This document shows positions 9,291 through 19,154 of a stretch of 64,000 bases of DNA, piece after piece. Below the pieces are notes generated by a model. It was not told where the DNA came from, made no database searches, and saw only the letters and a list, made by a program, of their open reading frames with translations. The number at the start of each line of letters is the position of its first letter. Position 1 is the stretch's first letter. Location: the NCBI GenBank assembly GCA_910578975.1, contig CAJTRZ010000011.1, positions 8,252 to 72,251 on the forward strand, in the 5' to 3' direction. The position numbers and the translations under genes are program-made. The stretch comes from an uncultured Eubacterium sp. Its GTDB lineage: Bacteria; Bacillota; Clostridia; Lachnospirales; Lachnospiraceae.

Positions 9291-11213
9291 TTAATTTACC
9301 ATTTCAAACTTCCACTGCTGATTTGGCTGTGCAAAATAATCCCACTGTATCGCATTTCCACCGGCCTCTGTTGACCAGCCTCCAACTTCAAGACACTTAT
9401 TGCTATGTTTGTTAATCAAGAAGGAATATCCACCATCTACAGGTGTAATATACCATCTCTGGTTATCAGTATTGTTATTGTCCCAGATAATAGCATTTCC
9501 ACCATTATCTTTGGACCAGCCTCCCATGTCAACTGCCTTTCCATGAATTGCACTTGTCAAAACATATGTAGAATCTTCTTTGTTAAATGACACTTCCCAC
9601 GTCTGTGCCAATGAATCATTTCCTGTCCACTGCTGAACATTTGTACCACTTGCAGTATTAGAACCGGAAACATCAAGACAAAGACCACTATGGCGATTAA
9701 CAATTCGGTAACGTGCTTTTTCAACTTTAATGGAAGAAACCTGATCATTCCAATCACTTCCTACAAAAGCAGTATCTGCTGTGATAACTTTAGCTGCTCC
9801 TCTAAAATTATCGTCTGCGTACATAGTCACTTTATAGCCCCATGGACATTTAATAGATGACAAATCATCATTCTTAAAACCTTTTGCCTGTAATGACGCT
9901 AAATTAAAGTTTCCTAAACCAAGGGATGCTGAACGTCCGCCATAATTTGCATCCTGATAAATAACTACATCTCCGGATGCCGGATTAATACTTGGCTGAT
10001 TTCCTGTATTTCCCTGATTTCCTGATGAACCACTTCCATTATGATTATATGTGTAGCTTTCTGTATCTTTCACATATCCGGATGTATTGCAGTAAGTAAA
10101 CCAGTATTTTACAATATCACCTGATTTTAATCCATTGATAGTGTATGTAGCTTTGGAACCTGACTGTGTCATTCTCACATTCTGCTGTGCTCCACCATTT
10201 ACAGAATAATGAATATCTGTCCACGAAGAATCATTTACATACGCTGTTGCCGAACCTGCTCCTGCTGAATTCATTCCCATACCACTTGCAGGTGTATTGC
10301 CTGTATTTCCAGTATTACCTGTATTTCCAGCATTTCCAGTATTACCACTTCCTGTATTATGATCCACATTACTTGATGATGAACTATTGAATGATGGATT
10401 TTCCTGATATACACGAATATAATCCACTTTCATTTCCTGAGGGAATGCACTATCATCCACTGCAAATCCCGGCCAGTTTCCACCTACTGCTACATTTAAC
10501 AATAAGTAGAATGGTCTGTGAAATTCTTCTGTACCACCAGCATTATTTTCAATATACATTTCGTAAATTTTATTTCCATCTACAAACATTCTTATATACT
10601 GACTATCCCACTGTAATCCATATGTATGATATTGTGTAATATCGAAATTTCCTGTATTCTTTCCGTAATCCGAATGTCCATTGCAATCCCAATGACACGT
10701 AGCATATGTTCGATTTTCTGCGTTGATTGCTTCCATAATATCAATTTCACCACATGCAGGCCATCCTACGCTTCCAATATTTGCTCCCAACATCCAGAAT
10801 GCAGGCCAGATTCCCTGACTGGATGGCAATGCCAAACGTGCCTCAACATATCCATATTTAAAAGTAAATTTTCCATTTGTATTCAACCTAGCCGATGTAT
10901 AATTTTTTCCACCATAAGATTCCCTTTTTGCCCTGATGTGCAATGCTCCGCCGGAAACATATGCATTATCTGTTCTATTGGTATAATATTGAAGTTCATT
11001 ATTTCCCCATCCACTTGCTCCGGTTCCTATTTCATAACCCCATTTTGAAGTATCTAAAGATGAACCATTAAACTCATCGCTCCACACTAATTGTGAACTT
11101 GTCGTTGGTGCTGCTTTTACTTTCTGCTGTGGCATTGTAAACGTTATAGCTGTTACTGCCATTGCCGTAGAAAGTACAAATGTTACTGCCTTTTTCATTA
11201 ACTTTGATATCAT
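9291..11213 (-). CDS. Secreted GH16 beta-glucanase (laminarinase-like) with a CBM-like domain, a beta/gamma-crystallin domain and a ricin-B lectin domain
   Basis: GH16 catalytic motif GEIDIMEA. An NTG-repeat linker. Two Greek-key motifs, YQDANYGG..SSIK and YADDNFRG..SSIKV. Three QxW motifs (QTW, QRW, QQW). Start at MISKLMKK with RBS AAGGAGG and a signal peptide. Confidence 0.9.
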   Translation of the reverse strand: MISKLMKKAVTFVLSTAMAVTAITFTMPQQKVKAAPTTSSQLVWSDEFNGSSLDTSKWGYEIGTGASGWGNNELQYYTNRTDNAYVSGGALHIRAKRESYGGKNYTSARLNTNGKFTFKYGYVEARLALPSSQGIWPAFWMLGANIGSVGWPACGEIDIMEAINAENRTYATCHWDCNGHSDYGKNTGNFDITQYHTYGLQWDSQYIRMFVDGNKIYEMYIENNAGGTEEFHRPFYLLLNVAVGGNWPGFAVDDSAFPQEMKVDYIRVYQENPSFNSSSSSNVDHNTGSGNTGNAGNTGNTGNTGNTPASGMGMNSAGAGSATAYVNDSSWTDIHYSVNGGAQQNVRMTQSGSKATYTINGLKSGDIVKYWFTYCNTSGYVKDTESYTYNHNGSGSSGNQGNTGNQPSINPASGDVVIYQDANYGGRSASLGLGNFNLASLQAKGFKNDDLSSIKCPWGYKVTMYADDNFRGAAKVITADTAFVGSDWNDQVSSIKVEKARYRIVNRHSGLCLDVSGSNTASGTNVQQWTGNDSLAQTWEVSFNKEDSTYVLTSAIHGKAVDMGGWSKDNGGNAIIWDNNNTDNQRWYITPVDGGYSFLINKHSNKCLEVGGWSTEAGGNAIQWDYFAQPNQQWKFEMVN

Positions 11214-11370
11214 AACATACCTCCTTATATCTCTATTCCGTTTCAAAGTTAACTTTAGTATAAAGGAAATAAAAAACATAAAAAGGTTTCAAATTATAGA
11301 AAAAGGGTGCCATTTTATTAAAAGTATTTTTAGAACTGTAAATATTAAAATTATTTGTACTATTTAACTG

Positions 11371-12252
11371 TTATTTACTGTTGTCAATGATATACTTTTC
11401 TTTCCCACTGAAAATCTTACCATTGGCTTCTTTCTCATCCCTTATAATCTCCTTCACATCAGGCACATATATATGACCTGATAATGGATTTTTAATGCTT
11501 ATAACCGGTGTAGTAATTTTCGCCTCGACTTCAGACTTTTCAAAACATAAATCTGTATCTATCATCTCACAGTCCATTAATTTTAGACCTTTACAATAGC
11601 ACAGTGGTTGTGTACCAATAATTTTACAATTCTCAAACGTAACATTTTCACAATACCATGCCAGATACTCTCCCTTTATAACACTGTTGCGCACTGTCAC
11701 ATTTTTTGCATGCCAGAAAGCATCCTTGGTATTAAAGACACAGTATTCAAATAACGAATCTTCTATATATTGAAAAGAATACTTTCCTCTCATTTTTACG
11801 TTTTTAAATTTTATGTTTTTTGAACGCATCATAAAATATTCACTTTCAGCCGTACAATCTGTCATATCAATATTTTGCACTGACCAGCCAAATTCTGGTG
11901 AAATAATATCACATCCGATAATTTTTACATTGCTGCATTCGCGCAATGCCTTGATGCCATACATTTTTGTTTTTAATATCTCAACCTCTGCAGAATACCA
12001 CAAAGCTGCCCGACATGCATCGGTCATCTTTGAGTTCGTAATCCTCAATTTTTTATCATGCCAAAAGGGATAACGCAGATTAAAATAACAATCCTCTACT
12101 ATAATATTTTCTCCTTCCTTAAATGCACTCTCTCCATCTGCAGGACCATCAAACTCACAGTTTTTAACATGAATATCTTTCACACCATACAAAGCCCTTT
12201 CTTCGTCATACTTTTGATTCTGAATTATATTTATACTACTATCTTTTTTCAT
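11371..12252 (-). CDS. DUF3737-like right-handed beta-helix protein
   Basis: Periodic repeats of about 22 aa (N..I.NC.F...). The N-terminus ERALYGVKDIHVKNCEFDGPADGESAFKE matches my recollection of the DUF3737 family. Confidence 0.6.
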   Translation of the reverse strand: MKKDSSINIIQNQKYDEERALYGVKDIHVKNCEFDGPADGESAFKEGENIIVEDCYFNLRYPFWHDKKLRITNSKMTDACRAALWYSAEVEILKTKMYGIKALRECSNVKIIGCDIISPEFGWSVQNIDMTDCTAESEYFMMRSKNIKFKNVKMRGKYSFQYIEDSLFEYCVFNTKDAFWHAKNVTVRNSVIKGEYLAWYCENVTFENCKIIGTQPLCYCKGLKLMDCEMIDTDLCFEKSEVEAKITTPVISIKNPLSGHIYVPDVKEIIRDEKEANGKIFSGKEKYIIDNSK

Positions 12253-12362
12253 ATACAGACTCCTTTGTATTCTTCCTCTTCATTTTTATAGTTTATCAGC
12301 TATTTCCTACAATAGCCAATACCTATATTGAATGCCAAAATATGCTTTACATCTATATCAAT

Positions 12363-12397
12363 ATAAAAATCCGATAGTAACCTGTACTATCGGATTG
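12363..12397 (-). terminator. Terminator after the TraX-family gene
   Basis: 12-bp stem aatccgatagta / tactatcggatt, followed on the minus strand by TTTTTAT. Confidence 0.75.
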
Positions 12398-12410
12398 AAA
12401 TGATTTCTTT

Positions 12411-13235
12411 CTAAAAAAACTTTAATTGTATAAATCTAACTACCACCAATATCAAAATATGTATCGGATAGAATACATAAAAGAAATACTTCCATTTGTA
12501 TTTACCTGGTTTCTCATTATAAAAAGCAATTGGCAAAATACTAAACACTCCGAGGCATTGAATACTGTAGCCAAACATACCCATATTAAAAACAATATTT
12601 GATACTGCCCTGCCAATATGATGTTTTCGAAATACATAAAAGCATAATATCAGCATAATTCCCGCATAAGAATAAGAGCATTTCATAAAATATGCAATAA
12701 TAAATCCCAGCAACATTACAAAAAGTTCAAGAACAGTATTCATTCTTCCTGCTCCGACTTTTTTTAACAGATTATCTGAATAATTCACTCTGTACATAGA
12801 TATCGAATCTAATGCCCATATCATCATATATCCTATGAACAATGTGAAAATCACATTCTGATTTCCCAGATAAAAAAACCTGCCATACATCATGTTGTAT
12901 GGTATTTCCGAAATGATTGCAAAAACACCTAATATAATTCCATGCTTTACTCTGTTACTGGTATAATAAAATCCTTCCACAAGAATAAAAGCAAAAATCG
13001 GAAAACTGATTCTTCCTATTCCTCTTGCAATCATATAAGCTGTATGATGATTATCTAAAAACAATATTGCAAAGTGGTCTATAAACATAGTGACAACCGC
13101 GATAATTTTTAAAGTGAAACTGCTCAATCCCCACTTATCCAAATCTATAAATTTTCTTATACCGTTTTCATTTAATTCTTCCAAACCTCTACACTCCATT
13201 TTGTCATATTCTGACAGTCTATAATTTTTCTTCAC
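12411..13235 (-). CDS. TraX family membrane protein
   Basis: LKIIAVVTMFIDHFA motif and multiple TM segments. Overlaps the upstream GlgX-like gene by 17 nt. Confidence 0.7.
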   Translation of the reverse strand: MKKNYRLSEYDKMECRGLEELNENGIRKFIDLDKWGLSSFTLKIIAVVTMFIDHFAILFLDNHHTAYMIARGIGRISFPIFAFILVEGFYYTSNRVKHGIILGVFAIISEIPYNMMYGRFFYLGNQNVIFTLFIGYMMIWALDSISMYRVNYSDNLLKKVGAGRMNTVLELFVMLLGFIIAYFMKCSYSYAGIMLILCFYVFRKHHIGRAVSNIVFNMGMFGYSIQCLGVFSILPIAFYNEKPGKYKWKYFFYVFYPIHILILVVVRFIQLKFF

Positions 13236-15054
13236 TAATCAGTACCGTTACACTTCTTCCCGGCACTGTCAGCGTCCTTCCAATTTCTTTTTCAGCCTGC
13301 TCGTGACTGGTAGAAAATGCTACTCTCCATTTCCGTTTATTTCTAGCCGACGGTACGCCAAACTTCTGCTCTTCCCAATACATATTGTAAGCAATATACA
13401 TATCCTGCTCATCATTTCCTGTAACATCCATTGCATACTTTCCACAATACATCATTGAAAAATGCCTGTTAAAATGACTGAAATCTGCATACCACGCTTT
13501 CGTTCCATGATAAGACAAATCCGGAAGTCCATAGGACTTATAATCCATCTGTCTGGTCTCGTCTTTTAAATGCAGTACTTTATGCTCTTTTCGGAAACGA
13601 ATCAGACTTTTTGTAAATTCCAAAATTTCTTTTGCCATAGCTGTCATATTCCAATTTGTCCATGAAATCTCATTATCAAGACAGTAAGGATTATTGTTTC
13701 CTTTTTGTGAGTTACACATCTCATCACCTGCATATATCATTGGAATCCCCTGACTCAAGAACACGAGACAAAGTGCATTCTTTATCTGCTTCTTTCGGAC
13801 ATCCATTACCTTACGTTTTCTTGTAGCACCTTCTGCTCCACAATTCCAACTGTAATTATAAACGGCTCCATCTTTATTATTTTCTCCATTTAATTCGTTA
13901 TATTTTCTGTCATAAGATACCGAATCATATAATGTAAATGTATTATGATTTGCCATATAATTAACCACTGCTGCTCCTGGTGGATTAGCCTTTACTTTAT
14001 AAGATATCGTGTTCAGCATATCCTCATCACCCTTAATAAACCTTCTGGCAGCAATCATAAAATCATCATTGAAATTTGCCAGATTTCTCGCACTGGAACT
14101 ACAGTGATAAAAATCTGTATCCAATGCGAAACTATATGTAAAAATCTTTGTAGCTGAAAGTAAATCATCTGTCTGAATCATACGCATTACTGCCTCTTCA
14201 CAATTTACATGAACTCCATCAATATGATACTCCATTACCCAATAATGCAGACAGTCTAAGATTTCCTTTGGGTTTGTTCCCTGAGTAAAGTAAAATTCCA
14301 TAGATAACTCAATGCCATTTTTATGAAGTTCTCTTACCATATATTTAAACTCTTCTACTTCCCCTCCTGTCTTACTAGAAAAAGCATACGATGCTTTTGG
14401 GGCAAAAGTATATCCATCTGTATATCCCCAATAATTCAATTTTGAATCTTCAATCTGAAACTGCCCTCGCATGGATGTAACCTGTTCTGTTTTAATTTCA
14501 TGAAACTCATACGCCGGCATCAGTTCAATCATAGTGATACCCAATTCCTTTAAATATGGAATCTTATCAACAATTCCTAAATATGTACCTTTATGTCTGA
14601 CCTTGGAACTGCTGTGTTTCGTAAATCCCCTTACATGTAATCTGTAAAGTATTGTATCTTCGAAAGGCACGCATAAAGGTGCATCAGCCTCCCACTGAAA
14701 ATTATCTGCCACAATACTTGCTTTTATATTAGCACTGTCAGTTCCCCACTGTTTCTTACCAACTAATGCCTTTGCATATTTATCTACAGCAACTTTACCA
14801 TTAATGCAAAAATTATAATCGTACTCCTTATAGTCAAATCCCGATACAATCATAGCATACACATTTCCGATAACCTGAGCATTTTCAAAAGGTATTCTAA
14901 AACTCTCCTGTTCCTCTCCCTTTTTATACAAAATCACTTCGCATTTACTTCCTGCTTTTGCAGTAATTGCAAAATTAATGCTGTCTCCAATCACTGTAGC
15001 TCCCATAATTAATGGATTTCCTCTGTATACCTTCATTTGTTTTAAATTATTCAT
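13219..15054 (-). CDS. GlgX/isoamylase-like GH13 protein with substituted catalytic residues (probable pseudoenzyme)
   Basis: Strong GlgX-like blocks: YWGY, NGENNKDG..NYSWNCG, LSQGIPMIYAGDE, GNNNPYCLDNEISW. The GH13 regions read EFYFTQG (I), DGVHVN (II), KIFTYSF (III) and ANHN (IV). Start at ATG 15052-15054; an upstream ATG at 15090 is also possible. Confidence 0.8.
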   Translation of the reverse strand: MNNLKQMKVYRGNPLIMGATVIGDSINFAITAKAGSKCEVILYKKGEEQESFRIPFENAQVIGNVYAMIVSGFDYKEYDYNFCINGKVAVDKYAKALVGKKQWGTDSANIKASIVADNFQWEADAPLCVPFEDTILYRLHVRGFTKHSSSKVRHKGTYLGIVDKIPYLKELGITMIELMPAYEFHEIKTEQVTSMRGQFQIEDSKLNYWGYTDGYTFAPKASYAFSSKTGGEVEEFKYMVRELHKNGIELSMEFYFTQGTNPKEILDCLHYWVMEYHIDGVHVNCEEAVMRMIQTDDLLSATKIFTYSFALDTDFYHCSSSARNLANFNDDFMIAARRFIKGDEDMLNTISYKVKANPPGAAVVNYMANHNTFTLYDSVSYDRKYNELNGENNKDGAVYNYSWNCGAEGATRKRKVMDVRKKQIKNALCLVFLSQGIPMIYAGDEMCNSQKGNNNPYCLDNEISWTNWNMTAMAKEILEFTKSLIRFRKEHKVLHLKDETRQMDYKSYGLPDLSYHGTKAWYADFSHFNRHFSMMYCGKYAMDVTGNDEQDMYIAYNMYWEEQKFGVPSARNKRKWRVAFSTSHEQAEKEIGRTLTVPGRSVTVLISEEKL

Positions 15055-15321
15055 ATGTCTTTCCTTTCTAGTCCCACTATCCACAATCATCTGTTAAACT
15101 CCAGCTTTGCCTCTGTAGATGTTTCTACTTATCCCTCTACCTTATTTTTATAATGTACTATACAAATAATCATATCATATTTATCTTCTTTTTTAATGGC
15201 TTATTTTAAAAAAATTCTTATTTTTGCCCGAATCGCCCATATTTCCCTTATAACATTGCTTTAATCAATAAAAACTGATATACTTTGATGAGCAAATAGT
15301 ATAGAATAAGGAGATTTTGAA

Positions 15322-16956
15322 ATGATAAGTACAAGTAATATTTCTTTACGTTTCGGAAAAAAAGCATTATTTGAAGAAGTTAATATAAAATTTGTTCCAG
15401 GTCATTGTTATGGACTCATTGGTGCAAACGGAGCAGGAAAATCAACTTTCCTGAAAATTTTAACAGGAGAAATTGAGCCTACCAGTGGCGAAGTAATCAT
15501 TACTCCCGGTGAACGTCTGTCATTCTTAAAACAGGATCATTTCCAGTATGATGACCAGACTGTCCTTGATACAGTAATTATGGGAAACCAGCGTCTGTAT
15601 GATATTATGAAGGAAAAAGACGCTATTTATATGAAAGAAGATTTTACGGACGAAGATGGTATTAAAGCATCCGAATTAGAGGCTGAGTTTGCAGAGATGG
15701 ATGGATGGAATGCCGAGGCAGATGCTGCTACTCTTTTAAATGGGTTAGGCGTAGACACAGAACACCACTACAGTCTTATGAAAGATTTGAATGGTACATT
15801 AAAAGTCAAGGTTTTATTGGCACAGGCGTTATTTGGTAATCCGGATATCTTACTTTTGGATGAGCCTACCAACCATTTAGATTTAGATGCTATTGCATGG
15901 TTAGAAGAGTTTTTGATTAACTTTGAGAATACAGTTATCGTAGTATCTCATGACAGATACTTCTTAAACAAAGTATGTACACAGATTGCTGATATTGATT
16001 ATGCAAAGATTCAGCTTTATGCCGGAAACTATGACTTCTGGTATGAATCAAGTCAGTTAATTGTAAAGCAGATGAAAGAAGCCAACAGAAAGAAAGAAGA
16101 AAAGATTAAGGAGTTACAGGACTTTATTCAAAGGTTCAGTGCCAATGCTTCTAAGTCCAAACAGGCTACTTCCAGAAAACGTGCATTAGAAAAAATCGAA
16201 CTGGATGATATTAAACCTTCCAGCCGTAAATATCCATATATTGACTTCAGACCTGACAGAGAAATTGGAAACGAAGTTCTGACTGTAGAACATCTTTCCA
16301 AAACGATTGACGGCGTAAAAGTTTTAGATGATATTTCTTTTACTATCGGGCGTGAAGATAAGGTTGCTTTTGTGGGTTCTAACGGTCTGGCAAAGACCAC
16401 ATTATTCCAGATTCTTATGGGACAGATGGAACCGGACGAGGGAGATTACAAATGGGGTATTACAACCAGTCAGTCTTATTTCCCAAAAGATAACACAAAG
16501 GACTTTGACTGTGATGATGTAATTGTTGACTGGCTGACACAATACTCAGAAATAAAAGATGCTACTTATGTACGTGGTTTCCTTGGACGTATGCTTTTCG
16601 CAGGTGATGACGGTGTCAAGAAAGTTCGTGTTCTTTCCGGTGGTGAAAAAGTCCGTGTTATGCTGTCAAAACTGATGATAAGCGGTGCAAATGTTTTAGT
16701 AATTGATGAACCTACAGACCATTTAGATATGGAAAGTATTACAGCACTCAACACTGGTCTGATTAAGTTTCCTGGTGTACTTCTTTTCTCATCAAGAGAC
16801 CATCAGGTAGTCCAGACGACTGCAAACCGTATTATGGAAATTGTGAACGGCAAGTTAATTGATAAGATTACAACATATGATGAATATCTTGAAAACGATG
16901 AAATGGCAAGAAAGAGAACTGTTTACACAACAGAAGGAATGGATATTGAAGATTAA
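15322..16956 (+). CDS. ABC-F family ATPase (tandem ABC domains, no TM domain)
   Basis: Two Walker A motifs (GANGAGKST, GSNGLAKTT), two signature/Walker B sets and a charged interdomain linker. 544 aa. Confidence 0.9.
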   Translation: MISTSNISLRFGKKALFEEVNIKFVPGHCYGLIGANGAGKSTFLKILTGEIEPTSGEVIITPGERLSFLKQDHFQYDDQTVLDTVIMGNQRLYDIMKEKDAIYMKEDFTDEDGIKASELEAEFAEMDGWNAEADAATLLNGLGVDTEHHYSLMKDLNGTLKVKVLLAQALFGNPDILLLDEPTNHLDLDAIAWLEEFLINFENTVIVVSHDRYFLNKVCTQIADIDYAKIQLYAGNYDFWYESSQLIVKQMKEANRKKEEKIKELQDFIQRFSANASKSKQATSRKRALEKIELDDIKPSSRKYPYIDFRPDREIGNEVLTVEHLSKTIDGVKVLDDISFTIGREDKVAFVGSNGLAKTTLFQILMGQMEPDEGDYKWGITTSQSYFPKDNTKDFDCDDVIVDWLTQYSEIKDATYVRGFLGRMLFAGDDGVKKVRVLSGGEKVRVMLSKLMISGANVLVIDEPTDHLDMESITALNTGLIKFPGVLLFSSRDHQVVQTTANRIMEIVNGKLIDKITTYDEYLENDEMARKRTVYTTEGMDIED

Positions 16957-16979
16957 CATTTTACAAGTGAGGTAAATTT

Positions 16980-17873
16980 ATGAGACCTAGTACAATCACT
17001 TATCCACCGGACGGGATGAAGCCTATCGGTATTATAGAATTTGTTCATGGCATGTGCGAAAAAAGACAGCGCTACGAAAAGACAATGAAGTTCTTTAATC
17101 AAAAAGGATTTATCTGTGCTATCGCAGATATCAAAGGACACGGAGAAAACATTCTCACTGAAGATGACCTTGGTTACTTTGGCGAAAAGGGATACAAAGG
17201 TTTAGTTGATGATGTACACGAATTCACAATGTTTTTAAAAAGAGAATATCCGGGTCTTCCATTAGTTTTGATCGGACACAGTATGGGCTCATTGATTTCC
17301 AGAGCATATCTAAAAAAACATTCCAGAGAAATTGATGCTTTGGTCATTAGCGGTTCACCTTCTCATAACCCGTTGGCTGGTTTGGGTAAAAGTCTAATTC
17401 GTTTTCTTGCTTTATTCCGTGGCTGGCATTATAGAAGCCCTATGATTCAGCATATGATTAATGGTCCTTTTGAAAAGCCTTTTGAAAAAGAAGGTATTCT
17501 TAACGCCTGGCTTTCTTCTGACAGAAGTGTCGTAGAAGATTACAATAAAGATCCTCTCTGTGGTGTCCCATTTACTTTAAATGGATATTACGCACTGACA
17601 AACCTCGACCAAACCGTTTACAGCAAATTAGGCTGGACCAGCAAGAACACTTCTCTGCCTGTAATGTTTGTGTCTGGGGCGAAGGATCCTTGCAGACGAA
17701 ATGATAAGGCTTTCAAAAAAGCTGTTTCCCACTTAAAGAACTGTGGATATCCAAATACTTTTTCTAAATTATATGATGATATGCGTCACGAATTATTCAA
17801 TGAAAAGAATTGTAAGGAAGTATATAATGACATATTGAAGTTTTTGGAAATAAAAGCTGGTATTGATATATAA
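16980..17873 (+). CDS. Alpha/beta hydrolase (lysophospholipase / monoacylglycerol lipase-like)
   Basis: GHSMG nucleophile elbow and HG oxyanion region. RBS GTGAGG upstream. Confidence 0.85.
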   Translation: MRPSTITYPPDGMKPIGIIEFVHGMCEKRQRYEKTMKFFNQKGFICAIADIKGHGENILTEDDLGYFGEKGYKGLVDDVHEFTMFLKREYPGLPLVLIGHSMGSLISRAYLKKHSREIDALVISGSPSHNPLAGLGKSLIRFLALFRGWHYRSPMIQHMINGPFEKPFEKEGILNAWLSSDRSVVEDYNKDPLCGVPFTLNGYYALTNLDQTVYSKLGWTSKNTSLPVMFVSGAKDPCRRNDKAFKKAVSHLKNCGYPNTFSKLYDDMRHELFNEKNCKEVYNDILKFLEIKAGIDI

Positions 17874-17905
17874 AAAAGGGGCTGTATAAAAGCCCCTTTT
17901 TTATA
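17873..17905. terminator. Bidirectional terminator
   Basis: aaaaggggc / gcccctttt stem flanked by an A-run and a T-run, between convergent genes. Confidence 0.8.
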
Positions 17906-17953
17906 TATATTCACTGTTGTTTAAATCAACTTTTAAACTTGATTACTGCAATC

Positions 17954-19081
17954 TTAATAGTTTCCAAGAATCTTCATATTCAGTGATTCTGCATTAATTC
18001 CACTTAAAGCGTTGATAACTCCTGCCTGATGTGCCTTTCCTTCAAATTCCACATAAAATCGATATTCCCACTTCTTTTCCGGTACTGGTCTGGACTCAAT
18101 TTTTGTCATATTAAGATCATTATAAATAATATGGGACAACATCTGATATAAAGAACCACTTGCATGAGGCAGCTGGAAACTAATACATATCAGCCCTGCA
18201 TTTCGTCTTGCAATCTTATGTCTGCTGACAATAATAAATTTTGTCGTATTCGTAGTATTGAAATTCGTTCCCTTATACAAAATATCCAATCCATAGATTT
18301 CTGCGGCATGGGCACTACAGATACATGCTCTTGATTTATCAGTCTGCTCAGATATATATCTGGCACTAATTGCTGTATTTGCCAGACTAACCTTCTCCCA
18401 TCCATGTTCTTCAATAAATGCATTACTCTGCATAAATGCCTGCGGGTGAGAATATACCTCTTTCACATCCTCAATTTTCGCTCCCTCTACACCACATAAA
18501 CAATGATCTATTTTAATGTCAAAAGTATCTACCACATAATTAGAAAACTCTACCAGCAAATCGTAGACATCTGTAACAATCCCTGCAGATGAATTTGCTA
18601 CTGGAAGCACTGCATAATCTGTCTTGCCATCTCTCACACACTTCATTGCCTCCCTGAATGTCGGCACATTTATGTATTTGGCATTGTCACCAAAATATTC
18701 TGTTGCTGCCTGCTGACCGTAAGCACCCGGAAGTCCCTGGTAAGCTACCTTTACATCCTCCATATCCAGTTCATCAACAATATCGAAACCGATATCATTA
18801 TTTACACCCTCTTCTGTAAGCATTTTATACTGCATCTTTCTGCTCATCGCCATAATCTGTTCAAACAGCTCTTCCACACCATGGGCATAAAAATCATTGC
18901 TCGCCTTATCCTTCAAAGTCACAATCTTGTCAACTTCCCTTTGTCTGTCAAGCACTGCCTTTCCCGTACTTAACTTATATTCTGCAACATCTTTACATAC
19001 ATCCATTCTTCTCTCAAAGAGTTTTACAATTTCATTATCAATATCGTCAATTTCTTTTCTGCTTTCCTGTAAATCCTTCAT
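17954..19081 (-). CDS. pheA: Bifunctional chorismate mutase / prephenate dehydratase
   Basis: N-terminal CM type 2 (IDDIDNEIVKLFERR), a PDT domain (VAYQGLPGAYG) and a C-terminal ACT-like region (ESRP). Confidence 0.9.
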   Translation of the reverse strand: MKDLQESRKEIDDIDNEIVKLFERRMDVCKDVAEYKLSTGKAVLDRQREVDKIVTLKDKASNDFYAHGVEELFEQIMAMSRKMQYKMLTEEGVNNDIGFDIVDELDMEDVKVAYQGLPGAYGQQAATEYFGDNAKYINVPTFREAMKCVRDGKTDYAVLPVANSSAGIVTDVYDLLVEFSNYVVDTFDIKIDHCLCGVEGAKIEDVKEVYSHPQAFMQSNAFIEEHGWEKVSLANTAISARYISEQTDKSRACICSAHAAEIYGLDILYKGTNFNTTNTTKFIIVSRHKIARRNAGLICISFQLPHASGSLYQMLSHIIYNDLNMTKIESRPVPEKKWEYRFYVEFEGKAHQAGVINALSGINAESLNMKILGNY

Positions 19082-19154
19082 CTATTACTACTCCACTGTT
19101 TCTATTTATTATTTTACCTAAAGTTATTATTTTCTACTCAAACACATCTGAATT

